IMG/VR virus record: IMGVR_UViG_3300047560_001714
Coordinates: 1-64,000 of that record
Reading direction: 5' to 3' (one strand)
Length of the DNA: 64,000 bases
DNA from: a virus
The notes under the pieces were generated by a model, which was not told the DNA's origin, made no database searches, and saw only the letters and a program-made list of their open reading frames with translations. Position 1 is the first letter of the stretch. Every line of letters begins with the position of its first letter. This document shows positions 1-15,675 of this stretch, piece by piece. Made by a program: the position numbers and the translations under genes.

Positions 1-404
1 ATTTCAATGTGTACGGTCGTTATATGCACACCAAAGGCGAATTCAAAGACATTATGTCACAATGGCGTGAACAAGCTAAGAAAGAAGGTAGAATAACTAT
101 CTGGGGCAATGCAGAGCATATCAAACGTGATTGGGTTTGGGTTGGTGATGTGTGCCGTCTTCACATTGATTTCATTAAACAAGTTAATGGGTCTGGTATT
201 TGGAATGTTGGGTCTGGACTATCCCATTCATACTTTGACATTGCTGAGGAAATTTCTATCCAAGAGGGAGTTGAGTTAAAATTAATTGACCCAAAGATAA
301 CTGAGCAATATAATACAAAAGCTGATCTACGCCATCTTAAAGAAACCATAGGTAAACGCAAATGGGCAAATGTATATGAGTGGCTAGACCGTGGAATAGA
401 ATAA
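1..404 (+). CDS. NAD-dependent epimerase/dehydratase, ADP-glyceromanno-heptose 6-epimerase (HldD/RfaD)-like; 5' truncated by window edge
   Basis: Frame is open from the edge: FNVYG (3-17), then RDWVWVGDV, GIWNVGSG and TKADL motifs typical of the extended-SDR C-terminal half. Confidence 0.75.
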   Translation, partial: FNVYGRYMHTKGEFKDIMSQWREQAKKEGRITIWGNAEHIKRDWVWVGDVCRLHIDFIKQVNGSGIWNVGSGLSHSYFDIAEEISIQEGVELKLIDPKITEQYNTKADLRHLKETIGKRKWANVYEWLDRGIE

Positions 405-427
405 ATACCAAGATACGGAGAATATTA

Positions 428-883
428 ATGAAAATACGCGAATTTATTGATGATTACGACGATGATGAAGATGATGAACCAAACTATGATGATCTTCCAT
501 CAGTAAAAGATGCAGAAGCACTACGCCCATTATTAGCAAATGCAGCACAACAAATATATGATAAATGGGATGAAGAAGATATTGATACTTATGCAGGTGG
601 TGGAATATGTCACTACATTGCCGATGCATTCGTTGATATATTATATTCAAGACTACATCTGAACTGTCAATCAGTAACATCAAGTCATGAGCAACACGTT
701 TATGTTGCCGCGCAATTCCAAGAAGGTGTCTATGTTATCGATTTACACCACAGTAATTATGAAACTGGTGGTGGATTTTCGTGGAAGAAAATACCAGATG
801 TCGAAATAGACCCACGAGATATTACTTTTTATAGATATTCAGCAAATCCAGGTGATTTTGATGAATATGTAGGAGATTATTAA
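428..883 (+). CDS. Hypothetical protein with possible Cys-His-Asp triad (GGICH...HVY...IDL)
   Basis: Start reassigned to ATG 428 (MKIREF), after TAAATA 402-407 and GGAG; acidic N-terminus. Confidence 0.6.
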   Translation: MKIREFIDDYDDDEDDEPNYDDLPSVKDAEALRPLLANAAQQIYDKWDEEDIDTYAGGGICHYIADAFVDILYSRLHLNCQSVTSSHEQHVYVAAQFQEGVYVIDLHHSNYETGGGFSWKKIPDVEIDPRDITFYRYSANPGDFDEYVGDY

Positions 884-1242
884 TGAGAGCACATGAATTT
901 TTAAATGAAGACAGCTTTGGTACTAATCCAAAGCGTAAAATGCGTGAAGGCAGTCGTCCAGCAAGAGGACACGCTGCGCAACCAACTTATAAAGAACAAG
1001 TCCAGAGTGAAGACTTTGACTTAGATGAAGCTGGAAAAGCACCTAAGAAACTCTGCTTATCTAAAAAAACTGATAAAGAATTAGGGGCAAGTCAATTATC
1101 ATCTTGTAAAGCACAAGGTTTACGTAAACGTGATACCAAACGTAAATTTAATATTGGCAATAAAGTCAAGAAAATTAAAGGTAAAATGGTTAAATCAAGT
1201 GATTACGGCGGTCCATTACCTAAATGGAAAGGGAATGAATAA
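883..1242 (+). CDS. Basic hypothetical protein (MRAHEF start)
   Basis: 119-aa ORF with start/stop overlaps on both sides. Confidence 0.7.
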   Translation: MRAHEFLNEDSFGTNPKRKMREGSRPARGHAAQPTYKEQVQSEDFDLDEAGKAPKKLCLSKKTDKELGASQLSSCKAQGLRKRDTKRKFNIGNKVKKIKGKMVKSSDYGGPLPKWKGNE

Positions 1243-2030
1243 TGAAAATTTTTGAACTGTTAGCACCTGCTACGTCACCATTTTCATTAAATGTGCCTTC
1301 GAGTAAAGAAGGCATGGATATTGCTGATTTACAAAAAGTATTGAAAGCACTTAGATATGACTTAGGCCCAACTGGTGTTGATGGAAAATTAGGTGACTAC
1401 ACATCTGCAGCTATAAAAGCAGCACAAGCCGACGTTGAGCAAGCATCAACTGGTGTACCAGATAGTGAATTTATCAATGTATTAAACCAAGTGTTATCGG
1501 CATACCCAGAGTTTACAGCATCACTGTCAAAAACAAATCCAGATGAATTAAAGCACTCAAAGGACTCTGGTTCATCCAACATTGAGTTAGATCCAGAATT
1601 CGATAAAGCATTGCATCAAGTTGCTGAAAAACTAGGTGTCAATGCAAACGATTTAAAAGCAATTATGTACAAAGAATCTAGGCTCAAACCAACCGCAGTA
1701 AACAAATATTCTGGGGCAACTGGGCTGATCCAATTTATGCCAAAAACGGCGGCGGCACTTGGTACCTCAACGAAAGAATTGTACAATATGTCTGCTGTTG
1801 AACAATTGCAATATGTCTATAAGTACTATAAACAATATGTGCGTCCTGGTGACGACCGTGGTACATTATACATGGCTACGTTCTATCCAGCACTTATGCA
1901 TCATGATGACAACCACGTAATTAGTTCTCGTGGTAAAGCAATATATGACCAGAACCGTGGTCTAGATGTTTCACACGATGGTGTTCTTACAGTTGGTGAT
2001 GTAAAACGAAGTGTGAATGCCTATGCTTAA
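1242..2030 (+). CDS. Peptidoglycan-binding domain + lytic transglycosylase (SLT/lysozyme-like)
   Basis: N-terminal LQKVL...GVDGKLGDYTSAAIKAAQ PG-binding motif; C-terminal ESRLKPTAVN..SGATGLIQFM catalytic motif. Confidence 0.85.
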   Translation: MKIFELLAPATSPFSLNVPSSKEGMDIADLQKVLKALRYDLGPTGVDGKLGDYTSAAIKAAQADVEQASTGVPDSEFINVLNQVLSAYPEFTASLSKTNPDELKHSKDSGSSNIELDPEFDKALHQVAEKLGVNANDLKAIMYKESRLKPTAVNKYSGATGLIQFMPKTAAALGTSTKELYNMSAVEQLQYVYKYYKQYVRPGDDRGTLYMATFYPALMHHDDNHVISSRGKAIYDQNRGLDVSHDGVLTVGDVKRSVNAYA

Positions 2031-2592
2031 GTTAAATAGGTACATGAATTTAACAGGTAATTTAATAATAGCACCACCAGCGGTCAAAGGAAACTTCTGG
2101 TATAAAACAGTTATAATGATAACTGAACATCATACTAATGGTAGTATTGGACTCATGCTTAATAAAAAAAGCAATATGTCCGTCGCCGAACTTGGTGATA
2201 AGTTAGGATACGATATAGATATCGATGATTTTGTATATGTGGGTGGTCCTATAAGTAAACAAAGTCTTTCACTACTACATAGCAATGAATGGCGATGCAA
2301 AAACACTATGAGAATAAATGATCAATTTTCTATTAGTTCAGCTGATGATATGCTTCCTAGATTTGCTAAGTATGATATGCCAAATCAATGGCGAATGTTT
2401 GTTGGTGTATGTGGGTGGGCACCTTGTCAACTAGAAAATGAAATTAAAGGTGTTGAACCATATATTCATGACAATAGTTGGTGTATCTCAACTGGTAGTT
2501 CTGATCTAGTATATAACTCAGATGGTAAAGAACAATGGTGGAATGCACTAGAACAATCTAGTATGGAATTCGCACGTGGGATTCTATCATGA
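2023..2592 (+). CDS. YqgE/AlgH family protein (DUF179)
   Basis: GNLIIAPP, F.KTVI...H...GSIGLMLNK, VYVGGP and FVGVCGWAPCQLENEI motifs; exact start uncertain (2017-2041). Confidence 0.85.
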   Translation: MLKLNRYMNLTGNLIIAPPAVKGNFWYKTVIMITEHHTNGSIGLMLNKKSNMSVAELGDKLGYDIDIDDFVYVGGPISKQSLSLLHSNEWRCKNTMRINDQFSISSADDMLPRFAKYDMPNQWRMFVGVCGWAPCQLENEIKGVEPYIHDNSWCISTGSSDLVYNSDGKEQWWNALEQSSMEFARGILS

Positions 2593-3026
2593 AGAAATGG
2601 CTATGGAAAATTGGTGGTTTTGTTTTATTAGGGATTGCATACTTAGGTGTAATAACACCAGGACTGCCATTTAGTCCATTCCTAGTTGGCGCGGCGGTAT
2701 GTTTTAGTAAAGGTAGCCCAAAAATGCATGCTTGGATTTATAATCATAAGCTATTTGGACCTTTTCTTACTAACTGGGTTGACCATAAGGTATTTCCTAC
2801 TAAAATGAAATATACTATGCTGATTGTAATGGGGTCATCTCTTTTAATACTATGGCTTAAAACATACAACGTTAAAGCACTATTAGGTAGTGGTATCTTT
2901 ATGGCATTGGTAGCAATATGGGCATGGCGATATCCTGGTAGCCTCGATGAATATGAATATAGAAAATCTAACGGAAAACGCATAGGATGGTTTAAAGTTT
3001 CGTTAAATAACGATATACAACAATAA
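2589..3026 (+). CDS. YbaN/DUF454 family membrane protein
   Basis: LGIAYLGVITPGLPFSPFLVGAAVCFSKGSPKMHAW..NHKLFGP matches the DUF454 signature. Confidence 0.85.
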   Translation: MKKWLWKIGGFVLLGIAYLGVITPGLPFSPFLVGAAVCFSKGSPKMHAWIYNHKLFGPFLTNWVDHKVFPTKMKYTMLIVMGSSLLILWLKTYNVKALLGSGIFMALVAIWAWRYPGSLDEYEYRKSNGKRIGWFKVSLNNDIQQ

Positions 3027-3034
3027 AGGATTTT

Positions 3035-3841
3035 ATGAGATTTTTATTATTAACATTTACATTATTAGCGGCATTCCAAGTAAAAGCATGGGATCAATGG
3101 GCACCATATCCAGTTGACAAATGTCAAGTGCAAGTACCATACGGCATACCAGCCGCATCAACACAAGGCACAACTATCTGTCGGGCCGGATATATTACAT
3201 TGAATGACCCTATTGCAAAATTACCAGTATGGGTAAGTTATCAATTATTTCCAGAATACGCATTAGGTTGTGTGCCCCGTTCAAATGGATTTGCACCGGA
3301 CAAAAGTTTACCTAAAGGTGCAAGAGCTGAATTAGAAGATTATGCAAAATCTGGATATGACATCGGACACGTTGCGCCAAACGCTGATATGAGTAGATTC
3401 GACCAGTTGGAACTCGAAAGTTTTTTGTTAACAAATATGATGCCGCAACTCCCTGGGCTAAATCGTGGGATTTGGAAGTTATTGGAAACCAATGTTCGTG
3501 GATGGACCGTGCAACGGAACCATTCGATTGTGGTATACGCTGGACCTATTTATGGCGCTGGTGATCCAGTAATCGGTCCTAATAAAATGGTGATTCCACA
3601 TGCATTTTATAAGATTGTAATCGATACCACCACAAACGAGGTTGCTGGGTTTTTATTCCCACATACCGGTAACCAAGGTAATGATTTAACTAAAGTTAGA
3701 GCCCCAGTTGCACAAATACAATCATTAACTGGTATAGCGTTTGCATACCCAGCTAATGCAGTTGAATTACCATTAGATTACTTATGGTCCGTTGATTATA
3801 AAGCATTGACTGATGCTAAGAAGGCGTCTTGTGGTAAATAA
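3035..3841 (+). CDS. Secreted DNA/RNA non-specific endonuclease (NucA/EndA beta-beta-alpha-metal family)
   Basis: Signal peptide; GYDIGHVAP, ESFLLTNMMPQLPGLNRGIWKLLE and IPHAFYKIV motifs. Confidence 0.9.
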   Translation: MRFLLLTFTLLAAFQVKAWDQWAPYPVDKCQVQVPYGIPAASTQGTTICRAGYITLNDPIAKLPVWVSYQLFPEYALGCVPRSNGFAPDKSLPKGARAELEDYAKSGYDIGHVAPNADMSRFDQLELESFLLTNMMPQLPGLNRGIWKLLETNVRGWTVQRNHSIVVYAGPIYGAGDPVIGPNKMVIPHAFYKIVIDTTTNEVAGFLFPHTGNQGNDLTKVRAPVAQIQSLTGIAFAYPANAVELPLDYLWSVDYKALTDAKKASCGK

Positions 3842-3903
3842 TATAATTACAGCCATCTTTGACGTATTAGCTTGGTATGGTTGTGGTTTGGAGGGAATTA
3901 TCT

Positions 3904-4125
3904 ATGAAATATGACTACTTGGCCGAACGCGCCCAATATCTTAGCCATACAAAAGAATTAGCAAAAGCACATTACGGCGACGTCGAAAATGAGGACGAAG
4001 CTGTGTTACAATTCTTAGCAAGAAGTGTTGCACATTCAAAAGAGGATGATGCAAGATTAACCGATGAGGTTGAACTTCTTAAAGATCGTATTACAAAAAT
4101 TGAAGATATTATCAACGCAAGATAA
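3904..4125 (+). CDS. Hypothetical protein
   Basis: ATG 3904 after GGAGGG; C-terminal coiled-coil. Confidence 0.6.
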   Translation: MKYDYLAERAQYLSHTKELAKAHYGDVENEDEAVLQFLARSVAHSKEDDARLTDEVELLKDRITKIEDIINAR

Positions 4126-5305
4126 GTGCTGTTAACGCATTCACTAAATCTTCAATCATACCGTCTGTGTGAAGAGGGGTTGGGGCAAATCTCAATCGTT
4201 CTTCACCAACTGGCACCGTTGGATACTGTATCGCTTGTGCATATATATTATACTCATTCAGTAACAAATCACTAATTTCTTTCGCACGTTTTGCATTACC
4301 AATTTTCACTGGAACTATATGTGTAAAACTTTCCATAACTGGTAATCTTGCCTTTATCATTTTATATTTTAATTTAGCCGCACGTTCTTGATGTGCCATC
4401 CGTAATTCATGATGTTCTTTTAAATACTTTACGGATGCCAATGCACCAGCCGCGATAACAGGACTTAGACTAGTGGTAAATATAAATCCATCGGCGACAC
4501 TTCTTATTGCATCTATTACCACTGAATCAGCCGCAATATAACCACCTTGTACACCATACGCCTTACCAAGAGTACCATTAACGATATCTATTCGATGTTG
4601 TAATCCATATTCTTCCAAAAATCCTGCACCAGTTGCACCTCGTACACCAACCGCATGGACCTCGTCTATATAAGTAATTGCATTATACTTTTCTGACAAC
4701 TCACAAATCGTAGCAATTGGGCTTATATCACCTTCCATCGAATATACACTTTCAAATACAATACAAGGTGTTGCTCCTCGACTAACCGCGTCAACTAAAC
4801 ATTCCTCTAAATGATCCATATCATTATGTTTAAATATCTGTTTCGGTGCCCGACTATGGCGCATTCCATTAATTAAACTGTTGTGATTTTTACTATCACT
4901 TATAAATTCGATATTGGGGACAATCTTAGCTAATGCAACCAAACTCCATTCATTAGCCGTATACGCGGAACTGAATAACAATGCGCGTTCTTTTTTATGC
5001 AATGATGCTAACTCGTGTTCTAACGCAACATGATAATGACAAGTTCCTGAAATATTTCTAGTACCACCTGAACCTGCACCAGTCATATCTAATGCTGTTC
5101 TCATTGCATCTAACACAACTTTATGCTGACCCATTCCTAAGTAATCATTACTGCACCAATTAACTATATTTTTAATAGCATACGGTCCATACCATATTGC
5201 ATTTGGATACTTACCTTGTTCACGTAATATATCGTTGAATACTCTATAGTTACCGTTGTCTTTTAATGTGGTTATAATTTTTTGAAATGGTTCTTTGTTT
5301 ATCAT
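4112..5305 (-). CDS. hemA: 5-aminolevulinate synthase (PLP-dependent, Shemin/C4 pathway)
   Basis: [30 protein letters not shown] and GTLGKAYG (PLP lysine) motifs; start reassigned to MINKEPF at 5305, next to a minus-strand TAAATA (5310-5315). Confidence 0.93.
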   Translation of the reverse strand: MINKEPFQKIITTLKDNGNYRVFNDILREQGKYPNAIWYGPYAIKNIVNWCSNDYLGMGQHKVVLDAMRTALDMTGAGSGGTRNISGTCHYHVALEHELASLHKKERALLFSSAYTANEWSLVALAKIVPNIEFISDSKNHNSLINGMRHSRAPKQIFKHNDMDHLEECLVDAVSRGATPCIVFESVYSMEGDISPIATICELSEKYNAITYIDEVHAVGVRGATGAGFLEEYGLQHRIDIVNGTLGKAYGVQGGYIAADSVVIDAIRSVADGFIFTTSLSPVIAAGALASVKYLKEHHELRMAHQERAAKLKYKMIKARLPVMESFTHIVPVKIGNAKRAKEISDLLLNEYNIYAQAIQYPTVPVGEERLRFAPTPLHTDGMIEDLVNALTALILR

Positions 5306-5342
5306 TTTGTATTTATGCCTAAATATAGGGAGAGGATTTAAA

Positions 5343-5558
5343 ATGGCAGCAAACGGCATATCCACACTTGCAACAAAAGCAGCAAGACAAAAAGCAAAAT
5401 TAGACTTAGCGCAAACTAAAAGAAGTACCACTGGAACTAATGGATATAGAACATTACATACATATGCATTGGCAGACTTACCAACACAATACTCTGGTAA
5501 CAATGTGATTGATAATCCAAATGTTGGTGGTCTTAAACAAGGCAGACCTTGGTCATAA
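5343..5558 (+). CDS. Small hypothetical protein (MAANGISTL...GRPW), probably virion-associated
   Basis: ATG 5343 after GGAGAGG and TAAATA 5320-5325. Confidence 0.7.
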   Translation: MAANGISTLATKAARQKAKLDLAQTKRSTTGTNGYRTLHTYALADLPTQYSGNNVIDNPNVGGLKQGRPWS

Positions 5559-5570
5559 GAGAGGCGCATA

Positions 5571-5828
5571 ATGACAATTGAAGAATTATTAAGATCCTTA
5601 ATGGATCGATTAGATAAGATAGAAAACGGTGATACGAAACAACCAGTAGTGGTACACGTTCATAATAATCTAAATGGCGAAACCTCTGAACATAATCCAA
5701 CCGAAATTGACGATGAACCTGGTACATTCACACCACCGCTCCAACAAAAAATTGAACTATTAAAAAAATCAGCCGGTCTTAAATCTATATTTGACCTTGC
5801 CGATGATGATGGTCCATTCGAGAGTTAA
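5571..5828 (+). CDS. Hypothetical protein, paralogue of 9633-9914
   Basis: Shares the PLQQ.(I/L)EL.K motif and its position directly upstream of a collagen fibre gene. Confidence 0.7.
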   Translation: MTIEELLRSLMDRLDKIENGDTKQPVVVHVHNNLNGETSEHNPTEIDDEPGTFTPPLQQKIELLKKSAGLKSIFDLADDDGPFES

Positions 5829-5830
5829 CC

Positions 5831-9601
<3,771 letters not shown>

Positions 9602-9632
9602 TATACGTAAATATATTAATAAAGGATTATAA

Positions 9633-9910
9633 ATGAGAGCAAGAGAATTTACAATAAATGTACCAATTAACATTAAAATTAATGGTGATGGTGATCCCGA
9701 AATAGATGTTCCATCATCGGATAGTGTTGATCCTAGTGAACTAGACCCAAATCCAATATATATCTCACCATTACAACAAGATTTAGAACTCCGTAAAGCT
9801 GAGGTTGGTAAAAATAGTGATGTTATCCAAGATCTCACACAAGATGAATTCAAAGATACCTTATCATCCGATGAACTAGTAAGAGTTAGAGAAATACTTG
9901 GAAAATTAGT

Positions 9911-9914
<4 letters not shown>
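9633..9914 (+). CDS. Hypothetical protein (MRAREF start), paralogue of 5571-5828
   Basis: TAAATA 9608-9613 and AAGGA upstream; shared PLQQ motif. Confidence 0.7.
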
Positions 9915-12481
<2,567 letters not shown>

Positions 12482-12532
12482 TAACTAAATACAACATAAT
12501 GGAATTATCCATAACAATTAGGAGAATAAAAA

Positions 12533-15500
12533 ATGGCAATAATTAGCGAACTAGGCAAAAATAGTGCTGTAATTACATACCAGTCAACTACAGGTGCCGA
12601 TGTTTTTGGTACATTTGGACTTATTGACAAGTGGATTCGAAATGATACATTACAAGGTACTGCATCGACATCCGGAACTACTGTTTTAGGTGCAAATTCA
12701 ATGTTCTTAACTCAATTAAGTTCAGGCGACATTATCATGCTTGGCGGTTACAAAAGAATAGTAGATACAATAGCATCTGATTCTAGCTTCACTGTTACAG
12801 TAGCATTTTCACCTGATATTTCAGCCGCTAATCCCGGAACAATCAAAGTATTAAATCCAGTGGTTGGTACAGGTACACAAAACACACAACTAGCCGGTAC
12901 TGCAAGTACATTAGATTTAGCGTATGCTAATAGTAATACTGCAGGCACCGTGTCAGTTAAAGCGGGCGATGTTACTGTTACTGGTTCATCAACATATTTT
13001 ACAAGCGAATGTACTAACTCAGTATCAACTTCTGCGGTAACTGGTACAGTTGCAGTTGATACATCTGGTAATATTACCGGGACAGGTACCTCATTCTTAA
13101 CAGCAGTACTAGATGCTGATAAATTAAAACCAGGCGATAGTATTTTAGTTGGAACAAACAACTATTTCGTTGTCGATACAGTAACAGGAGACCTTACCGC
13201 AACAGTACGCGTTCCACCTGCATCTGGAATTGCCGGAGGAGCAGCGATTGCAAAAGCTACAAATAGTGTGGTCGGACGTACTATAAACATAAATGGTCGT
13301 GTTCGTGTAATTACTGGAATAACTAATGACACTACACTAAATGTAAATGCTGCGTGGGATTTTACTGATACAAATCTTGAATTTAAAATGTATCCACGTG
13401 GTACAGTTGCAGTTACAGCAGCTAATACCGGTATAACTGGAACTAACACCTGTTTTTCTTGGGACATTCCATCAGGATGTCAAGCATGGGTTGGTGACGA
13501 ATTAAGAACGTTTACATATTTAGCAGGTGCAACTACTGCTGCGACAGCTGGGATTAGCGGGTATCCTATAGGTTATAGTGCAATATCAGCAAACTTTTCA
13601 ACAACAATGACCGGGTTAACATTTAGACGTGACGACACTGTTGTAACATATACTCCGTCAGGCGGCAATCTTCTTGCTAACGAAATTCGCGTTGGTGATG
13701 ATATTATCATTAACGGTAATGAAACAACTATTACTAAAATAATTTCGGCTACCCAATTTAAAGTTAGTACCGATTTACCGTACTTTGATGCTAAAACTGT
13801 ATATAAAAAGAAAAAATTACACGGTTTCACATTAGAAGGTACTCGTGAAGGAATTACATCAGATACGTCTGTCACTAGGTTAGGTACAACTACGTACATA
13901 ACTGCTAATGCACTAATTGGAACAAATACAATTACAATTACTGCGTTAACTGCTAATGTTCATGCTGTTAATAACATTGTTAAAATCCAAGGCGCCGGTG
14001 GTCCGCATGCGCTGTTAACAGGTACTGTAATTGTTAATACTAATAATACAATTTCCGGAACTAATACAAAATTCTTGTCAGAATTACATGTAGGTGCTGA
14101 AATTTTAGTTGGTAATGAGTTTACTTATATTACTGCAATTTCAAGTGACACTGGTGCAACTGTTGCACCATGGCCAAATGTTGGTTCTGCAAACGCAAAT
14201 CAAATTAACACTGGTTCGAATTCATTCCCGATTTACAGAACTACACCATTATATACATTTATTACGGGAACAAGTTCTAATACGTTTACAATTTATCATC
14301 CTTTAAAAAATTCATTGTATATTAACGGTACAGGTGGAACATTAGGTCCGGCAGTTATGTGTCCAACTACTACTGTTGCAACTAACTTTATTGAATTTGT
14401 GTACTCTGCGCCAAACAAAATGATTGAGACATCAATTACTGATATTAACAATAGTTACGATCGTAAATATTTTGGAATAAGGTATTACCCATTTGCAGGA
14501 ACAACAAATACCCTTATTGGTTCAGATGGGGCATACAACGTAACTGTATACGAAAGATGGGTCGCTAGTTGGGCTGGCGCTGGTGGTGTTGGTATTAACT
14601 TAGCTCACGGTAGTGACGGTATAACTGGACTCGGATTAAGTCAAAATACTACAGTAACTGATCAGACATCAATGACATTCCAAACAGGTGGATATTTATA
14701 TTTGTTTGCTAAACCAAGATACTTCATCGTACAAGGTAAAACATTTGGCGGTATTCAAAAACAATGGTTAGGTTGTATTGAATTTGAACGCGCTCAACCA
14801 GACGATTTACCATCCGGTTTAGGAACAGCTACCCCTGGATATTCGTATACCGGAACATTTAGTGGCAACTATTCAATTGCGCCAACAACTAGTCCGTTCC
14901 CGTGCTTTGCATATTTTAATTCAAATAGATTCCCAGTAGGAGCAACTCAAATTCCTACATTCCCAATTAATTATACAACTGCTGCACAAGGTGTTCACGG
15001 TAGTATTTTTTCAGTTCCTCGTATTAAGGGTAGTAGAGGTGATTTAGTTAATATTAACTCACATATCTATACTGCTGCAACTGTTACAACTGGAAGATGG
15101 GGCCATTTATTTGAACTTGGTGGGGCAGGTGCATATACTAATCCGACAGCATCTGGCGCAGCTTTTGTAAGTGGAACAATAGGTAATACCGCAAACACAT
15201 TGTTCCAGCCGCATTTAGGACAGATTATTCCTTATGCACCTAACGTTTATAATAGCAAACGGTTTATGTTTAGTCCTGTTATGATTTTAGGTCCTGCATG
15301 GGATCCCGATATTCGTGGAAGAATGTTCGGTCTTAAAATTATCCCAAGCAACTTAGGAACATTAATGGACACCGTAAATGTAACTATTGAATCCGATGAC
15401 TTTTATGATAAGAACGGAACTGCCACTGATCACTGGGTTATTACAGCGCCTGGGGTTACTACTTATACCTTTAGGGTTATTGGAACCGCAACAGCTTCAA

Positions 15501-15607
15501 CATATACCGCTACTAGTGGTATTAGAAGTCTTGAAGATGAAAGTACAACTTTTAGTTTAACACCTACTACATTTACAAACAACTTTAGATTTGCAATTCC
15601 AACTTAG
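12533..15607 (+). CDS. Large Thr/Gly-rich virion structural protein (1024 aa), repeated G(T/S)GT.F.....GD.I modules
   Basis: Composition and repeated beta modules; TAAATA 12486-12491 and AGGAG upstream; terminator downstream. Confidence 0.7.
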   Translation: MAIISELGKNSAVITYQSTTGADVFGTFGLIDKWIRNDTLQGTASTSGTTVLGANSMFLTQLSSGDIIMLGGYKRIVDTIASDSSFTVTVAFSPDISAANPGTIKVLNPVVGTGTQNTQLAGTASTLDLAYANSNTAGTVSVKAGDVTVTGSSTYFTSECTNSVSTSAVTGTVAVDTSGNITGTGTSFLTAVLDADKLKPGDSILVGTNNYFVVDTVTGDLTATVRVPPASGIAGGAAIAKATNSVVGRTININGRVRVITGITNDTTLNVNAAWDFTDTNLEFKMYPRGTVAVTAANTGITGTNTCFSWDIPSGCQAWVGDELRTFTYLAGATTAATAGISGYPIGYSAISANFSTTMTGLTFRRDDTVVTYTPSGGNLLANEIRVGDDIIINGNETTITKIISATQFKVSTDLPYFDAKTVYKKKKLHGFTLEGTREGITSDTSVTRLGTTTYITANALIGTNTITITALTANVHAVNNIVKIQGAGGPHALLTGTVIVNTNNTISGTNTKFLSELHVGAEILVGNEFTYITAISSDTGATVAPWPNVGSANANQINTGSNSFPIYRTTPLYTFITGTSSNTFTIYHPLKNSLYINGTGGTLGPAVMCPTTTVATNFIEFVYSAPNKMIETSITDINNSYDRKYFGIRYYPFAGTTNTLIGSDGAYNVTVYERWVASWAGAGGVGINLAHGSDGITGLGLSQNTTVTDQTSMTFQTGGYLYLFAKPRYFIVQGKTFGGIQKQWLGCIEFERAQPDDLPSGLGTATPGYSYTGTFSGNYSIAPTTSPFPCFAYFNSNRFPVGATQIPTFPINYTTAAQGVHGSIFSVPRIKGSRGDLVNINSHIYTAATVTTGRWGHLFELGGAGAYTNPTASGAAFVSGTIGNTANTLFQPHLGQIIPYAPNVYNSKRFMFSPVMILGPAWDPDIRGRMFGLKIIPSNLGTLMDTVNVTIESDDFYDKNGTATDHWVITAPGVTTYTFRVIGTATASTYTATSGIRSLEDESTTFSLTPTTFTNNFRFAIPT

Positions 15608-15635
15608 CGCAAACTAAGTAATAAAATTTTAAATA

Positions 15636-15662
15636 GCTGCCTGACCCGCAGCTATTTTTTTA
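15636..15662 (+). terminator. Rho-independent terminator
   Basis: ATAGCTGC-ctgaccc-GCAGCTAT followed by a T-run. Confidence 0.8.
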
Positions 15663-15675
15663 GGTAAATATTAGT

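Noticed and set aside
5306-5569. 88-aa N-terminal extension of hemA given in the ORF track (likewise long starts for nrdA 31292, rlpA 37026, dnaK 46037 and queC-like 62115)
   Set aside because: The extensions overlap other genes, promoters or structured leaders and lack homology-like content; downstream starts have RBS or promoter support
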